NCBI GenBank assembly: GCA_016934855.1
Contig: JAFGSA010000052.1
Span: 6,220-70,219, forward strand
Direction: 5' to 3'
DNA from: Elusimicrobiota bacterium
Lineage (GTDB): Bacteria > CG03 > SLGR01 > JAFGSA01
Length of the DNA stretch: 64,000 bases
Shown: in pieces, positions 47,944-57,889 of the stretch
Layout: every line of letters starts with the position of its first letter
How positions within the stretch are numbered: position 1 is the stretch's first letter
Position numbers and translations under genes: made by a program
The notes under the pieces: generated by a model
The model's input: only the letters and a program-made list of their open reading frames with translations
What the model was told of the DNA's origin: nothing
Databases searched by the model: none

Positions 47944-48708
47944 ATGAAAATCTACGATCTTACACAGAGACTCAGTATCCACACTCCGCCGTGGCCGAGC
48001 TATATGCCCCTGGGAATACAGTATTTCAAGAGGATAGCCGGGGCTCACATGGGGCAGGGCGCGAGCGGGCAGATAATCAAGACATCCAACCACGTCGGGA
48101 CCCATATCGACGGAGAGATCCATTTCCACGCCTCGGGAAGAGCTATAGGAGAAATGACGCTGGAAGAACTCTGCGGCGAAGGCGTCGTGGTAGACATATC
48201 CGGCGAGGTCGGGGACTACGACCTGTACTCTCCGGAGCTCCTGGAAAGCAGGGCCGAAATAAAGAAAGGCGATATACTCATTATCAACACCGGTTATCAC
48301 AGGTACGCCTGGGACCAGAAGGATTCGGACGAACTCCGCTATTTCGTAAAACATCCTGGACCCGGCCCGGGTTTCCACGAATGGGCGCTCAAGATGAAAT
48401 TCAAATGGATAGGCGTCGACTGCGGAAGCGCTGATCACCCGATGAACACCATATTAAAGGACTGGCATCCCCGGCTATTCAGGGAAGCGGAGAAGAAACT
48501 CGGGAAGCCATGGGAAGAAGTCTTTCCGCCTCAGGAGTATTACCAGGTCATGCATCTAAAGCTGTTCCCCAAAGGGCTGATACACGCGGAAAATCTCGGA
48601 GGAGATATTGATAAACTCTCCAATAAAAGGACCTGGATAGGGTGTTTCCCGTGGAGGGCCATAGAACTGGAATCCAGTATCTGCAGGATAGTGTCGTTTG
48701 AATTCTAG
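47944..48708 (+). CDS. Cyclase-family metal hydrolase (kynurenine formamidase-like)
   Basis: DLT......P.WP, HVGTHIDGEIH, GDIL.I.TG, GVD..S.DHP and H.EN motifs. Confidence 0.9.
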   Translation: MKIYDLTQRLSIHTPPWPSYMPLGIQYFKRIAGAHMGQGASGQIIKTSNHVGTHIDGEIHFHASGRAIGEMTLEELCGEGVVVDISGEVGDYDLYSPELLESRAEIKKGDILIINTGYHRYAWDQKDSDELRYFVKHPGPGPGFHEWALKMKFKWIGVDCGSADHPMNTILKDWHPRLFREAEKKLGKPWEEVFPPQEYYQVMHLKLFPKGLIHAENLGGDIDKLSNKRTWIGCFPWRAIELESSICRIVSFEF

Positions 48709-48721
48709 AAAGGAAGGAATC

Positions 48722-49477
48722 ATGGAAATAGACAAAAGCGTAGAATATCACATTGCGATGAAAAAAGGCGATATAGGGAAATATGTGCTTCTTCCGGGAG
48801 ACCCCGGGAGGGTGGAAAAGATAGCCTCCTATTTCGACGAAGCGAAAGAAGTGGCTTTCAACAGGGAATACCGGACGTTTACAGGAACAGTAAACGGCAT
48901 AAGGATATCGGCTACATCGACGGGCATAGGATGCCCTTCCACCGCGATATGCGTCGAAGAGCTCGCCAAGATAGGCGGCGAAGTCTTCATAAGGATAGGA
49001 ACGGCGGGTTCCCTGCAGAAAGAAGTGGACCTGGGCGATGTGGTGATATCTACCGCGGCTGTCCGTGAAGAAGGAACCACGCGCCAGTACGTTCCCCTTT
49101 CGTTCCCGGCCGTTGCAGATATAAACGTGACCAATGCGCTCATAGAAGCCGCCTCCAATCTGGGGGTCACAGCGCATCCCGGCATAACTCACTGCAAGGA
49201 TGCTTTCTACACGGAAGGCAATTCCGAACTGCCTCTCGCGAAAGAAAACGCAGAGAAATGGGAAGCCTGGTACAAGTCCCGTGTTCTCGCGACATCAATG
49301 GAAAGTGCCGCACTGTTCATAGTGTCTCACCTCAAAAGAAAGCTGGCCGGAGAGGTCCTCGCCATAATAGGTAAAACTTACGAGGACAAGCCGATAGAGA
49401 AAAAAGTCGGGGTGGATGAGGCTATAAAGGTAGCTATCGAGGCGGTAAAGATACTTGACAAAAAGCTAAAAATTTAG
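48722..49477 (+). CDS. udp: Nucleoside phosphorylase (uridine phosphorylase-like, NP-I)
   Basis: YH, LLPGDPGR, NREY, STGIG.PS.AI..EEL, RIGTAG, R.EGT and SMESAAL motifs. Confidence 0.9.
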   Translation: MEIDKSVEYHIAMKKGDIGKYVLLPGDPGRVEKIASYFDEAKEVAFNREYRTFTGTVNGIRISATSTGIGCPSTAICVEELAKIGGEVFIRIGTAGSLQKEVDLGDVVISTAAVREEGTTRQYVPLSFPAVADINVTNALIEAASNLGVTAHPGITHCKDAFYTEGNSELPLAKENAEKWEAWYKSRVLATSMESAALFIVSHLKRKLAGEVLAIIGKTYEDKPIEKKVGVDEAIKVAIEAVKILDKKLKI

Positions 49478-49491
49478 TAAATTAAAGTGAT

Positions 49492-49526
49492 GCGTCGGTG
49501 TTTCCCCCCAATACCGACGCTCTTTT
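49492..49526 (+). terminator. Intrinsic terminator
   Basis: gcgtcggtg / taccgacgc stem followed by tctttt, between convergent genes. Confidence 0.65.
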
Positions 49527-49559
49527 ACCCCCCCTTACAAACTGTTAGAGCCGGTACTG

Positions 49560-49979
49560 TCAAAACGCTCTATTTTCAAGAAAATCGAGAATTATGTCCT
49601 TATGGTCGAACGCCATATCATCGGGAATACTGTCTTTATCGAACAACCCTATTCTTTCCGCATCCGAAGCGGCGGCCGGGCTGCCTTTGCCGGCGGCTGA
49701 AAAGACCACGGAAATGCTGTGAAACCTGCTGTCCCTGGACGGATCGGAATATGCATGGAACTGTGACAGTCCTTCGAGCTCCATCCCCGTCTCTTCCCTG
49801 GCTTCTCTCCTTGCAGCATCCTCGAGCGTCTCTCCTTTTTCGACGAATCCGCCGGGCAGAGCCCATCCCATGGGAGGGTACTTCCTGCGCACGAGCAGTA
49901 TTTTATCTCCTACACGTATTATTACATCAATCGTGCAGAGCGGGAAAGGAGAATTCCTTAGGTCCTTGAAATCAGGCAT
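49560..49979 (-). CDS. NUDIX hydrolase
   Basis: Nudix box GGFVEKGETLEDAARREAREETG; SRD.R.H and AFDH motifs. Confidence 0.93.
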   Translation of the reverse strand: MPDFKDLRNSPFPLCTIDVIIRVGDKILLVRRKYPPMGWALPGGFVEKGETLEDAARREAREETGMELEGLSQFHAYSDPSRDSRFHSISVVFSAAGKGSPAAASDAERIGLFDKDSIPDDMAFDHKDIILDFLENRAF

Positions 49980-49984
49980 CCGCG

Positions 49985-51940
49985 TCAGAGCTCATACAGG
50001 GAATACCTGCCGTCGGAATATATCTTCTTCCCGGCGGCCGAGGTTAGTCTCCCGAGCATCTCCCTTACATACTCGTTATAATAGTCGTCATGATACTTCC
50101 CGAGCCTCTCAATATTGTCATCGTTCACGAGCATGTGAGTTATACCCAGCCTGCCTGCTTCCTTTAAAAAAGAATCCATGCCGCCGGCCTTATCGGCAAT
50201 TTCGACGAACGGCTCCCTCGAGAATTCCCCCGGGTATATCGCTTCCCTGTCGATATAAAATGACCTTTTTTCCGCCACCAGGAGTATCTTCGAGCTGCCG
50301 GGCGTATTTTTATTTATAAATTCGGCGGCGTGGTACTGGGGTGTTCTTGATTCAAGGAAGGTCCCGGCGTCCTCATATCCCATTACGAAATCCACGCTGC
50401 CCGAGACATCAAGCCAGGGCCAGATCGTATGAAAATTAGCGCATATAGACAGCAGAAATACGATCATTACGAACTGGTAGAAATATTTCATCTGCCCGTA
50501 GAGATTGACTATTACATAAGCTGTAATTATGCTTAAAATCGGTATGAGCGGATATATAAAGACCATATTTCTGCCCGCAACCGTGTAAATTATCAGATAA
50601 ACAGCCAGGCAGGCAAGAAATACCCTTATGGTGCTCCCTATCTCCCTTACAAGTATTATGGCGGGCAGGAAGAGAATATATACCAGCCCCATGTAATACA
50701 GATTCGACCCTGCCGCTTTATCCAGATATATGTACCACAGAGGGTACAGGTATCCCCATAGACTTTTTATCCCTTCCATATAAAGCGCGCTGTTCTTTCC
50801 GATCCTGTCGGCAAAAAAAGGAAAGACCGGGTTCGAAGCCAATACCAGGTTCTTTATAAAAACAGGCACGAGCATGACGAAAAACGGGATGACAAAATAG
50901 AGCATCTTTCTTGCCGACTGCTGGTAGTTTCTCTGCTTATCGCGGGTATAGAGCCTGTACAGCACCATTATCATGATCACAAGCGGTATAAAAAGGGAAT
51001 AGAACCCCCAGGACAGCGATAAAGCGGCAAATATACCCGAAAGGACCAGCCATTCGCTCCTCGGTCCCGAGTCATACTCCGCGTTCCCCATCCAGCAGAC
51101 ATAGGAATAAAAAGCCATGAAGGAGAAAAACATGTTCCCTATGGCAGCATGGTCATCAAGGAAAAGCCTGTACGTCAGCGGCGTGAAGATAGCTATGGTC
51201 GTAGCAAAAAGCGCTATCTTGCGGTGAAAGAATTTCCTGGTCATGGAATACACGGATACGGCGATAAGCAGGATAAAAAGAAATGTGACGAGTCTAGCCG
51301 TGTAAGGACCGTATAGCATGAGCCCCAATACATACAGCATTGTCATACCGCACGGGAGATCCGCCATGTAGTTATACGGGATACCGTAAATGCCTCCGTG
51401 TATCACATATCTTCTTGCTATGTCAAGCGATACCGAAAACTCTCCGTCGCCCGCGGGAAGCGTTATCGAGCCGATAAACGAGACTGCCAGGCCCACGACG
51501 ATGATTATCAGGAACAATGCCCCGATGAAGGAAAACCTGTTCTGGGAATACGTGCGCCATTTATCCGACAGGGACTTTCCCCAGGAATGAAGGTCTTTTG
51601 CGGTCAGGAAGATCATCAGTAAAAGCGCGGAATACAGGGCTATCCGGTTATACATGTGTAAAGCGCCAAGAACAAGCATAACCAGGTATAGCGCCCCCAG
51701 GCCCAGACCCATGCTGACGCTAACATCTTCAATAAATGTCACCGGTTTTACATCGAGCAGTCTTCTCATCCTGCTTCCGAGGCCCAAGGCTGCAGCTATA
51801 ATCGCGGCCCAGCCCAGCAGGCTCCCGCCCAGGTGAAGAATCGCCCATAAAGTCCCGGACACGAAGCCGTAAAACACCGCTACTGCCCATAATACGAACC
51901 CGTACAGGAGCACATTCCTGAGCTTATTGATATTTATCAC
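49985..51940 (-). CDS. Polytopic membrane protein, probable GT-C glycosyltransferase-like
   Basis: Many TM helices, KN.....NPVFPF motif and a soluble C-terminal domain (FIN.NTP..SKIL...R.FY). Confidence 0.65.
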   Translation of the reverse strand: MININKLRNVLLYGFVLWAVAVFYGFVSGTLWAILHLGGSLLGWAAIIAAALGLGSRMRRLLDVKPVTFIEDVSVSMGLGLGALYLVMLVLGALHMYNRIALYSALLLMIFLTAKDLHSWGKSLSDKWRTYSQNRFSFIGALFLIIIVVGLAVSFIGSITLPAGDGEFSVSLDIARRYVIHGGIYGIPYNYMADLPCGMTMLYVLGLMLYGPYTARLVTFLFILLIAVSVYSMTRKFFHRKIALFATTIAIFTPLTYRLFLDDHAAIGNMFFSFMAFYSYVCWMGNAEYDSGPRSEWLVLSGIFAALSLSWGFYSLFIPLVIMIMVLYRLYTRDKQRNYQQSARKMLYFVIPFFVMLVPVFIKNLVLASNPVFPFFADRIGKNSALYMEGIKSLWGYLYPLWYIYLDKAAGSNLYYMGLVYILFLPAIILVREIGSTIRVFLACLAVYLIIYTVAGRNMVFIYPLIPILSIITAYVIVNLYGQMKYFYQFVMIVFLLSICANFHTIWPWLDVSGSVDFVMGYEDAGTFLESRTPQYHAAEFINKNTPGSSKILLVAEKRSFYIDREAIYPGEFSREPFVEIADKAGGMDSFLKEAGRLGITHMLVNDDNIERLGKYHDDYYNEYVREMLGRLTSAAGKKIYSDGRYSLYEL

Positions 51941-52266
51941 TATCTTATTATGCTTCCGGGAGACACGGCCTTATCCGTATGAAGCAGGACAGGCACGCCG
52001 TTTTCGTCGGCAGCGAGTATCATCCCCCGGCTCTCTATACCCCTTATCTTCCTGGGCTCGAGGTTAAGCAGCACGGGGATATACTTTCCCTGAACATCTT
52101 CGCATCTGTATACATCCGCTATTCCAGCCACCAGGACTCTTTTTTCATCCCCCAGCTCCAGCTCGAGTTTCATGAGCTTATCCGTGCCCTCTACTCTTTC
52201 GGCGGACGACACCCGGCCTATTCTTATGTCAAGTCTTTTGAACTCATCGTAATTTATCGTATCCAC
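51940..52266 (-). CDS. Stand-alone tRNA-binding OB-fold (MetRS C-terminal / Trbp111 / CsaA)
   Basis: F.RLDIRIG, DKL, AGI, NL.PRK.RG.ES.GMIL and PGS.IR motifs. Confidence 0.9.
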   Translation of the reverse strand: MDTINYDEFKRLDIRIGRVSSAERVEGTDKLMKLELELGDEKRVLVAGIADVYRCEDVQGKYIPVLLNLEPRKIRGIESRGMILAADENGVPVLLHTDKAVSPGSIIR

Positions 52267-52283
52267 GTCATACCTTCCTTCTG

Positions 52284-52964
52284 CTATTCGGGAATCCCGT
52301 GTCTTTTCAGCATAAGCGTTATTTCTATGTGCCCCATCGATTTTGCGATATCGGCCGCGGTCATACCGTCCTTGCTCTTTCTGTCAATATCGGCTCCGCT
52401 TGCAAGCAGCAGTTCGGCGACTTTATAAGCATCATGTTTCGCTGCCTCCATGAGCGCCGTCTTCCCGTATTCGTCCTCAGCGTTTACATCCGCCTTGTTC
52501 TTAATCAGGAGCCTGGCAACCTCAAGGGAATTATAGCCTGCCGCCACCATCAGCGCCGTACCCCCGTGGTTGGCCCTCGAATTGACGTCTGCGCCGTTTT
52601 TTATAAGGAGTTCAGCCGTTTCATACGAATTCTTCAATGCGGTCTTCATAAGAAGAGATCTACCCTCCTCGTCTTTGATATTGGTATCGGCTCCTTTGAG
52701 TATGAGGAGCTCGGCCACTTTCACCGAGTTGTTCACGGCAGCTTTGGACAGGGCGGTCTCATTGTTTCCGTATGCAGCGTTTACGTCCGCACCGTTATCT
52801 ATCAACAGCTGCGCTATTTCAGCGTGATTCAGAATGGCGGATATCATGAGCGCAGTCCGTCCTTCCTCGTCAGCCGCGTCTATATCGGCGCCTTCTTTTA
52901 TCATACGCGCCGCGTTCTCGATGTCATTCGTTATTATATATTCGTCTTTTATCCTCTGGGACAT
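52284..52964 (-). CDS. Ankyrin-repeat protein
   Basis: About six G.TALM.A...E.A.LLI..GADVN repeats; likely start ATG 52964, just after the comM stop. Confidence 0.92.
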   Translation of the reverse strand: MSQRIKDEYIITNDIENAARMIKEGADIDAADEEGRTALMISAILNHAEIAQLLIDNGADVNAAYGNNETALSKAAVNNSVKVAELLILKGADTNIKDEEGRSLLMKTALKNSYETAELLIKNGADVNSRANHGGTALMVAAGYNSLEVARLLIKNKADVNAEDEYGKTALMEAAKHDAYKVAELLLASGADIDRKSKDGMTAADIAKSMGHIEITLMLKRHGIPE

Positions 52965-52966
52965 CG

Positions 52967-54502
52967 TCAGAATGCAGTCCCTTCGCTCAACCTGTATTGC
53001 AGCGCTTCTTCCAGGTGACCGGAAGAAACATCTTCTTTGCCTTCTATATCCGCTATGGTTCTGGCAACCTTGAGCACCTTGTTGTATCCTCTCGCGGAAA
53101 GGCCGTACGTATCTACGGCGCCGGCGAGCAGTTTTCTCGCCTGCGCGGAGATACCGCAGTATTTTTCGATCATCTTTGTGCTCATGCGGGCATTGCAGAA
53201 CACTTTTCTGTCCCTTATGAACCTTTCCGTCTGGATGTTCCTTGCGCTTACAACCCTTTCTCTTATGACGGATGAGCTTTCTCCTTTGCTGAACTGGTCT
53301 ATCTCCCTTCTTTTGAGCTGAGGGACTTCTATATGTATGTCTATCCTGTCGAGCATGGGGCCGGAAATCCTGCTTCTGTATTTCCTTATCTGCCCGGAAG
53401 AACAGCTGCAGCTCTTGCCGTCCACTCCGCTGAAACCGCAAGGACACGGATTCATGGCGGCGACAAGCATGAACCGGGCGGGATACGTAACCGTCTCCAC
53501 CGCCCTGGACACAGTGACTTCACCGTCTTCCATTGGCTGCCTCATGACCTCTATGACCCTTCTTTTGAATTCGGGAAACTCGTCCAGGAAAAGCACCCCC
53601 CTGTGCGCCAGCGATATCTCGCCTGGCCTGGGGGTTGTTCCCCCGCCTACCAGCGCAACGTCAGAAATGGTATGATGGGGCGACCTGAAAGGCCTGACCG
53701 GGAAAATAACCTGCCGCGAATCCAGCCGCCCCGTAACCGACTGTATCATCGTTACTTCGATTGCTTCCTGTATTGTGAGAGGCGGAAGTATCGTGACAAG
53801 CCTCTTGGCCAGCATCGTCTTGCCTGCGCCGGGAGGCCCGATCATAAGAACATTGTGCCCGCCGGCAGCGGCTATCTCGAAGGCTCTTTTTGCGAAATAC
53901 TGACCCTTTATATCGCTGAAATCCGCGTCATACTCGCTGTGTTTGTCGAACTCTTCTTTCTTATCGACTTTAACGGGGCTTATTTTCACGTCGCCGTTTA
54001 TATACTGTACGGCCTGTTTGAGGTCTTTTATAGGTATAACCTCTATACCGTCAACTACCGCGGCTTCCCTGGCATTGGCGCTGGGGACCAGTATCCTCCT
54101 GAACCCGTACTTTTTCAATTTCAAAGCGACGGGAAGCACCCCGAATATCTTCCTCAGGTTTCCATCGAGGGAAAGCTCTCCGGCGCAGACGATACTGTCC
54201 AGACCGTCTTTTCTTACTGCGCCCGTTGATGCAAGTATGCCGAGGGCTATCGGGAAATCAAAGGCAGAGCCTTCTTTTTTCATATCGGCAGGCGCCAGAT
54301 TTACAGTTATTTTTTTTACGGGGAACTCGTAACCGGAGTTTTTTATCGCGGCATTGACCCTGTTCTGGCTTTCAGTAACAGCTTTGTCAGGCAGGCCTAC
54401 CGTAGAATGGGAAGGAAGCCCCCTTCTTACATCGACTTCGACCGTCACGGGGAAAGCGTCGATTCCGGCTACAGCAAAACTTTTTCCTATACTTACTGTC
54501 AT
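52967..54502 (-). CDS. comM: ComM/YifB AAA+ ATPase
   Basis: VGLPD.AV.ES, NLAPA...KEG, GPPGAGKTM, RSPHH, GEISLAHRGVLFLDE, NPCPCG and SGP.LDRID motifs. Confidence 0.96.
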   Translation of the reverse strand: MTVSIGKSFAVAGIDAFPVTVEVDVRRGLPSHSTVGLPDKAVTESQNRVNAAIKNSGYEFPVKKITVNLAPADMKKEGSAFDFPIALGILASTGAVRKDGLDSIVCAGELSLDGNLRKIFGVLPVALKLKKYGFRRILVPSANAREAAVVDGIEVIPIKDLKQAVQYINGDVKISPVKVDKKEEFDKHSEYDADFSDIKGQYFAKRAFEIAAAGGHNVLMIGPPGAGKTMLAKRLVTILPPLTIQEAIEVTMIQSVTGRLDSRQVIFPVRPFRSPHHTISDVALVGGGTTPRPGEISLAHRGVLFLDEFPEFKRRVIEVMRQPMEDGEVTVSRAVETVTYPARFMLVAAMNPCPCGFSGVDGKSCSCSSGQIRKYRSRISGPMLDRIDIHIEVPQLKRREIDQFSKGESSSVIRERVVSARNIQTERFIRDRKVFCNARMSTKMIEKYCGISAQARKLLAGAVDTYGLSARGYNKVLKVARTIADIEGKEDVSSGHLEEALQYRLSEGTAF

Positions 54503-54568
54503 TTACGGATATTTTTACTAAATATTTTTGAGTTGTGTCAATAACAGTAATTTCCGGCGTTGATCATA

Positions 54569-55930
54569 CTACCTGGCGCCGGAGTTAATGTATTTCAAGC
54601 GGCCCTTACCCGCGAATTCCCCGCTGATAATGGTATCGGCGATATTCTCCGCCAGCATCCTGTTACCTTCCTGCGTGCAATGTCCGAAAAATCCCATAAA
54701 CCTGTCCCTGAAATATCTGTCGTATCCCGAATCCCGAACCGCATCCTTAAATATCGATTCGTTGTCCACAAAAATGACATCTTCGCTGTTATTCAGCAGT
54801 TTTTTTAGAGCATCTACGCTCATCATGGGATACTGGGCACAAACCAGCCTGATTCCTCTTTCCATTGTGATATTCCTTATTTTATTATAGGCGTCCCGGG
54901 TCTCAGGGTTATAATATGTGTTACTCAGGCTGCTGCATATAGAATAAAACTTCTCGGCTTCCGGTTTATTGCCGGTCTTCCGGTATAACCTGGATAAACT
55001 GCCTGAGACATACATGTTTTTCGGATTTATCGCGAACGCTTTTTTGAACATGCCGGCTGCTTTATCAGGCATACCGTTCCATTCATAGCATCGTCCCGCC
55101 TCAATTATCAGGTCTATATTATCAGGATCGACGAGCATGCCCCGCTTCAATATCTCTTCTGCCTTATCATATCTGTTCCGGCCGTAATAACACCAGGCTA
55201 GCTCGATATACGGCCAGGCATCTTCGGGGTCCGCAGAGAGGGCCTTCATTGTTATTTCCTCAGCTTTAGCGTATTCATTTCTCGCCCGGTAGTACTCGCT
55301 TAATATTATGTATGACCGGATTACACCGGGGTCTTTCTGAATAGCCTCTTTATACGCAGCTTCTGCTTTGTCGTAATCCTGCTGGTCTTCATACCAGCGC
55401 CCGGACCTGATGTCTTCCGTATAAGGCTCCGGTTGCCCCATACCGGGAAATATACTGAGTTTAATCAGCCGTAACAGCTTGAGGATCCGAAGAGAATTAA
55501 GAAAATACGCAGTGTTTTTATCCCTGACGAGCCGGACCAGAGGCAGTATTGTATTTGAAGGATCGTTGTTTATCCCTATCATGGCTATAATCATATTAGG
55601 CTTGTATTTTTCGATGTTCTTTTCAAGACATTCAATTATAATATCTGTCGTGGCGCCTGCCATGCCTTCATCTATGACGCTGAATTTAATACCTGCGCCT
55701 CTCTGGTTGAGTATTTTCTCGAGCGGTCCAGGCCACTGTCCGTCAGTCATGGATTCTCCGAGGCACAGTATCCTGTATTCGCCCGTTTTTCTGACAGACA
55801 GCCTGTTTCTGTATTCTTTGACGGACAGGTACGCGGATCCTGCTATACGCAGTGACGCCTCCAGCAGCACCAGCGCGAGAAGAAATCCCGCGATTATCAA
55901 TGGCAGCCTTTTTAAAAGTATCTTGATCAT
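54569..55930 (-). CDS. Membrane-anchored SGNH-like domain interrupted by TPR repeats
   Basis: TM helix, ILCLGESMT (GDS-like), MIGIN, about five TPRs and GHCT.EGN..LA. Confidence 0.7.
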   Translation of the reverse strand: MIKILLKRLPLIIAGFLLALVLLEASLRIAGSAYLSVKEYRNRLSVRKTGEYRILCLGESMTDGQWPGPLEKILNQRGAGIKFSVIDEGMAGATTDIIIECLEKNIEKYKPNMIIAMIGINNDPSNTILPLVRLVRDKNTAYFLNSLRILKLLRLIKLSIFPGMGQPEPYTEDIRSGRWYEDQQDYDKAEAAYKEAIQKDPGVIRSYIILSEYYRARNEYAKAEEITMKALSADPEDAWPYIELAWCYYGRNRYDKAEEILKRGMLVDPDNIDLIIEAGRCYEWNGMPDKAAGMFKKAFAINPKNMYVSGSLSRLYRKTGNKPEAEKFYSICSSLSNTYYNPETRDAYNKIRNITMERGIRLVCAQYPMMSVDALKKLLNNSEDVIFVDNESIFKDAVRDSGYDRYFRDRFMGFFGHCTQEGNRMLAENIADTIISGEFAGKGRLKYINSGAR

Positions 55931-55971
55931 TTCTTACAGTCCGGGCAAAACCTCAGTGACCGTAAAATTTC

Positions 55972-56880
55972 TTACTCCGAAACCGGATCGTTCGGATTTA
56001 TATAAAGAAGATGCCCTCCGGTCGTAAGGGTTATGCGGCATTGCTTAGTGACAGCCACTCCGGGATCGATCGCCGACAATACGGCGGTATCCATAGTGCC
56101 GGACTGTTCCGTTATAAGTACCGTGGCCCTCAGTCTCCCGGAATATTTTTCAATAACGGCGCTGACTTCTTCCTTGGGCATATCAGGAAGGATTATAAAC
56201 CCGAAATCCAGGTACTGCAGCCTGAGGATGACGTATTTTCTGCTCACGGCCTCTGTACCTACCGACGTCATTTTTACGGCCGAAACCGTCTGAAGAAGGT
56301 CTATCTCTTTATCGGGCCCGAGCTTCAGATGCCTTACGCCTTCCGGCACCCGGTATTCCGGGTTTACAGGCGTTATAATCTCCCTTACATTGAACTGCCC
56401 GGCAACTGAGCCTAACGCTTCGGCATCCGAAACCGAAGCCCGGCACACCACGAGCCAGTCGATCCTGGGCTTCCACCCCATCATCTTCATCAGGTAGGCC
56501 TCTTTCTTTTTCTTAATCATCATACTTTCCAGGACTTCCGCCAGTTTTCCGCCGTCGATATGCTCTGCGAGTATTATAAGCATCTTGCCTCCGTCCGGGA
56601 AATCAAGATACAGCGTAACGTCATCAACCGGAAGCACCTTTATCCTGAGCAGTGCGATGTCCATCTCAAAAAGGTCTTCGTAGTTTCCGGCCGGAACATC
56701 CCTGTCCAGATCCACATAGATCATGCTGTCCGGGATGTTCTCGTTCTCAAGCCGGAATACCCTGTCCGTGTTCACATAGAACGTCCCGTCCCTGATGCTG
56801 ACCTTTTCCAGTCCGCCGGCACGGGAAATACCGGCCGGAAGGGATAAAAGAAGAACCGGTAGGATTAGCCGCCTGATCAT
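55972..56880 (-). CDS. Secreted protein with a degenerate ComEC-like metallo-beta-lactamase domain
   Basis: RIDWLVV, VILRLQY.DF.F....D, LRATVL and L.AI.P..AV resemble the ComEC C-domain scaffold; His motifs are absent. Confidence 0.5.
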   Translation of the reverse strand: MIRRLILPVLLLSLPAGISRAGGLEKVSIRDGTFYVNTDRVFRLENENIPDSMIYVDLDRDVPAGNYEDLFEMDIALLRIKVLPVDDVTLYLDFPDGGKMLIILAEHIDGGKLAEVLESMMIKKKKEAYLMKMMGWKPRIDWLVVCRASVSDAEALGSVAGQFNVREIITPVNPEYRVPEGVRHLKLGPDKEIDLLQTVSAVKMTSVGTEAVSRKYVILRLQYLDFGFIILPDMPKEEVSAVIEKYSGRLRATVLITEQSGTMDTAVLSAIDPGVAVTKQCRITLTTGGHLLYINPNDPVSE

Positions 56881-57332
56881 TTCTGGGTAGTCTTCTGTAT
56901 GAATTTATTGAGTATTTCTATAAGGCTCTTCAGCTCGTCACGGGAACGTGTCTTTATCGGCGTATATGCGTTGGTCTCAAGCATCTCATTCAAAAGAGTC
57001 TCTATTCTGTATATGGGGCCCGCGATACGGTGGGAAAGATGAAAACTGAGTATGCCGCCGATTACGACCGAGACCAGAGTAACCCCCATAAACAGAAAAC
57101 CTATCCAGTAATTCACTTCCGCCAGCTGTCTCTCGGCAAACCGACCGAGGTCTACAGCGTTTAAAACGATATGCATGGCGCTGTAGTAGCCGATTATCGA
57201 GAAGAATATCGTTATAACGACAGTCACTATCGTCAGTCTGAATATCTTGAACTGCAGGGCTCTCATCTTGCCCGGCACTATCTTTATGTGTTTTTCCCGC
57301 CTGTCTTTATCTGCGCTGAATTCATTGTTCAT
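56877..57332 (-). CDS. Two-TM protein with a HAMP-like C-terminus
   Basis: SHRIAGPIYRIE...R.RDEL..L...LN; start ATG 57332 follows GGAGGT. Confidence 0.75.
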   Translation of the reverse strand: MNNEFSADKDRREKHIKIVPGKMRALQFKIFRLTIVTVVITIFFSIIGYYSAMHIVLNAVDLGRFAERQLAEVNYWIGFLFMGVTLVSVVIGGILSFHLSHRIAGPIYRIETLLNEMLETNAYTPIKTRSRDELKSLIEILNKFIQKTTQK

Positions 57333-57882
57333 TACGTTTACCTCCGGTTTTTCCGTAAACTGCCGCTTCATGCAGTTTTCTTATCTTTTCGATGACTTTT
57401 GTTTCAAGGCCGTCCCTGTTGGCCGGCAGAACCTCTATAATCTCCATATCATCCCTCTTTTTTATATTTTCTATGAACCCTCCTCCGCCCAGGGTTATCG
57501 TGCCGATTACGATATTGGGCGAATCAAGGGCGTCGACCGCGGCCTTTCTGAATCTTTCCGAAAAACATTCCATTTTGCCTATCTCGTCAAGCACTATGAT
57601 CTTATTGCCGGAAGGGGAAATGGAATCTACGGCTATGTTTTCTATGTTTTCGATGCTGACGCCGTATCTTCTTATGCGGCAGCCAGATACAATATCCCGG
57701 TGAGCGAGATAGGCAGTCCTGCCGTCGATGGTCTTCATCATAAATCCTGCCCTCCTGTCTCCGATTCTCTCTTCCTCGGTATAAAACCCGCCGCACGGCA
57801 GTCCCAGCCCGTTTATTATCTTTTTTATGAGAGTGGTCTTGCCCGAAGACGGTGCGCCGGTCAGAAAGATATTTTTCTTCAT
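57322..57882 (-). CDS. THEP1-family NTPase
   Basis: LTGAPSSGKTT, GFYTEE.R....R.GF, I.RYGV and DEIGKME..S..F motifs. Confidence 0.9.
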   Translation of the reverse strand: MKKNIFLTGAPSSGKTTLIKKIINGLGLPCGGFYTEEERIGDRRAGFMMKTIDGRTAYLAHRDIVSGCRIRRYGVSIENIENIAVDSISPSGNKIIVLDEIGKMECFSERFRKAAVDALDSPNIVIGTITLGGGGFIENIKKRDDMEIIEVLPANRDGLETKVIEKIRKLHEAAVYGKTGGKRNEQ

Positions 57883-57889
57883 GCCGCCG

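Noticed and set aside
52965..53447. Arg-rich N-terminal extension of the ankyrin ORF
   Set aside because: An alternate-frame overlap with the 3' end of comM.
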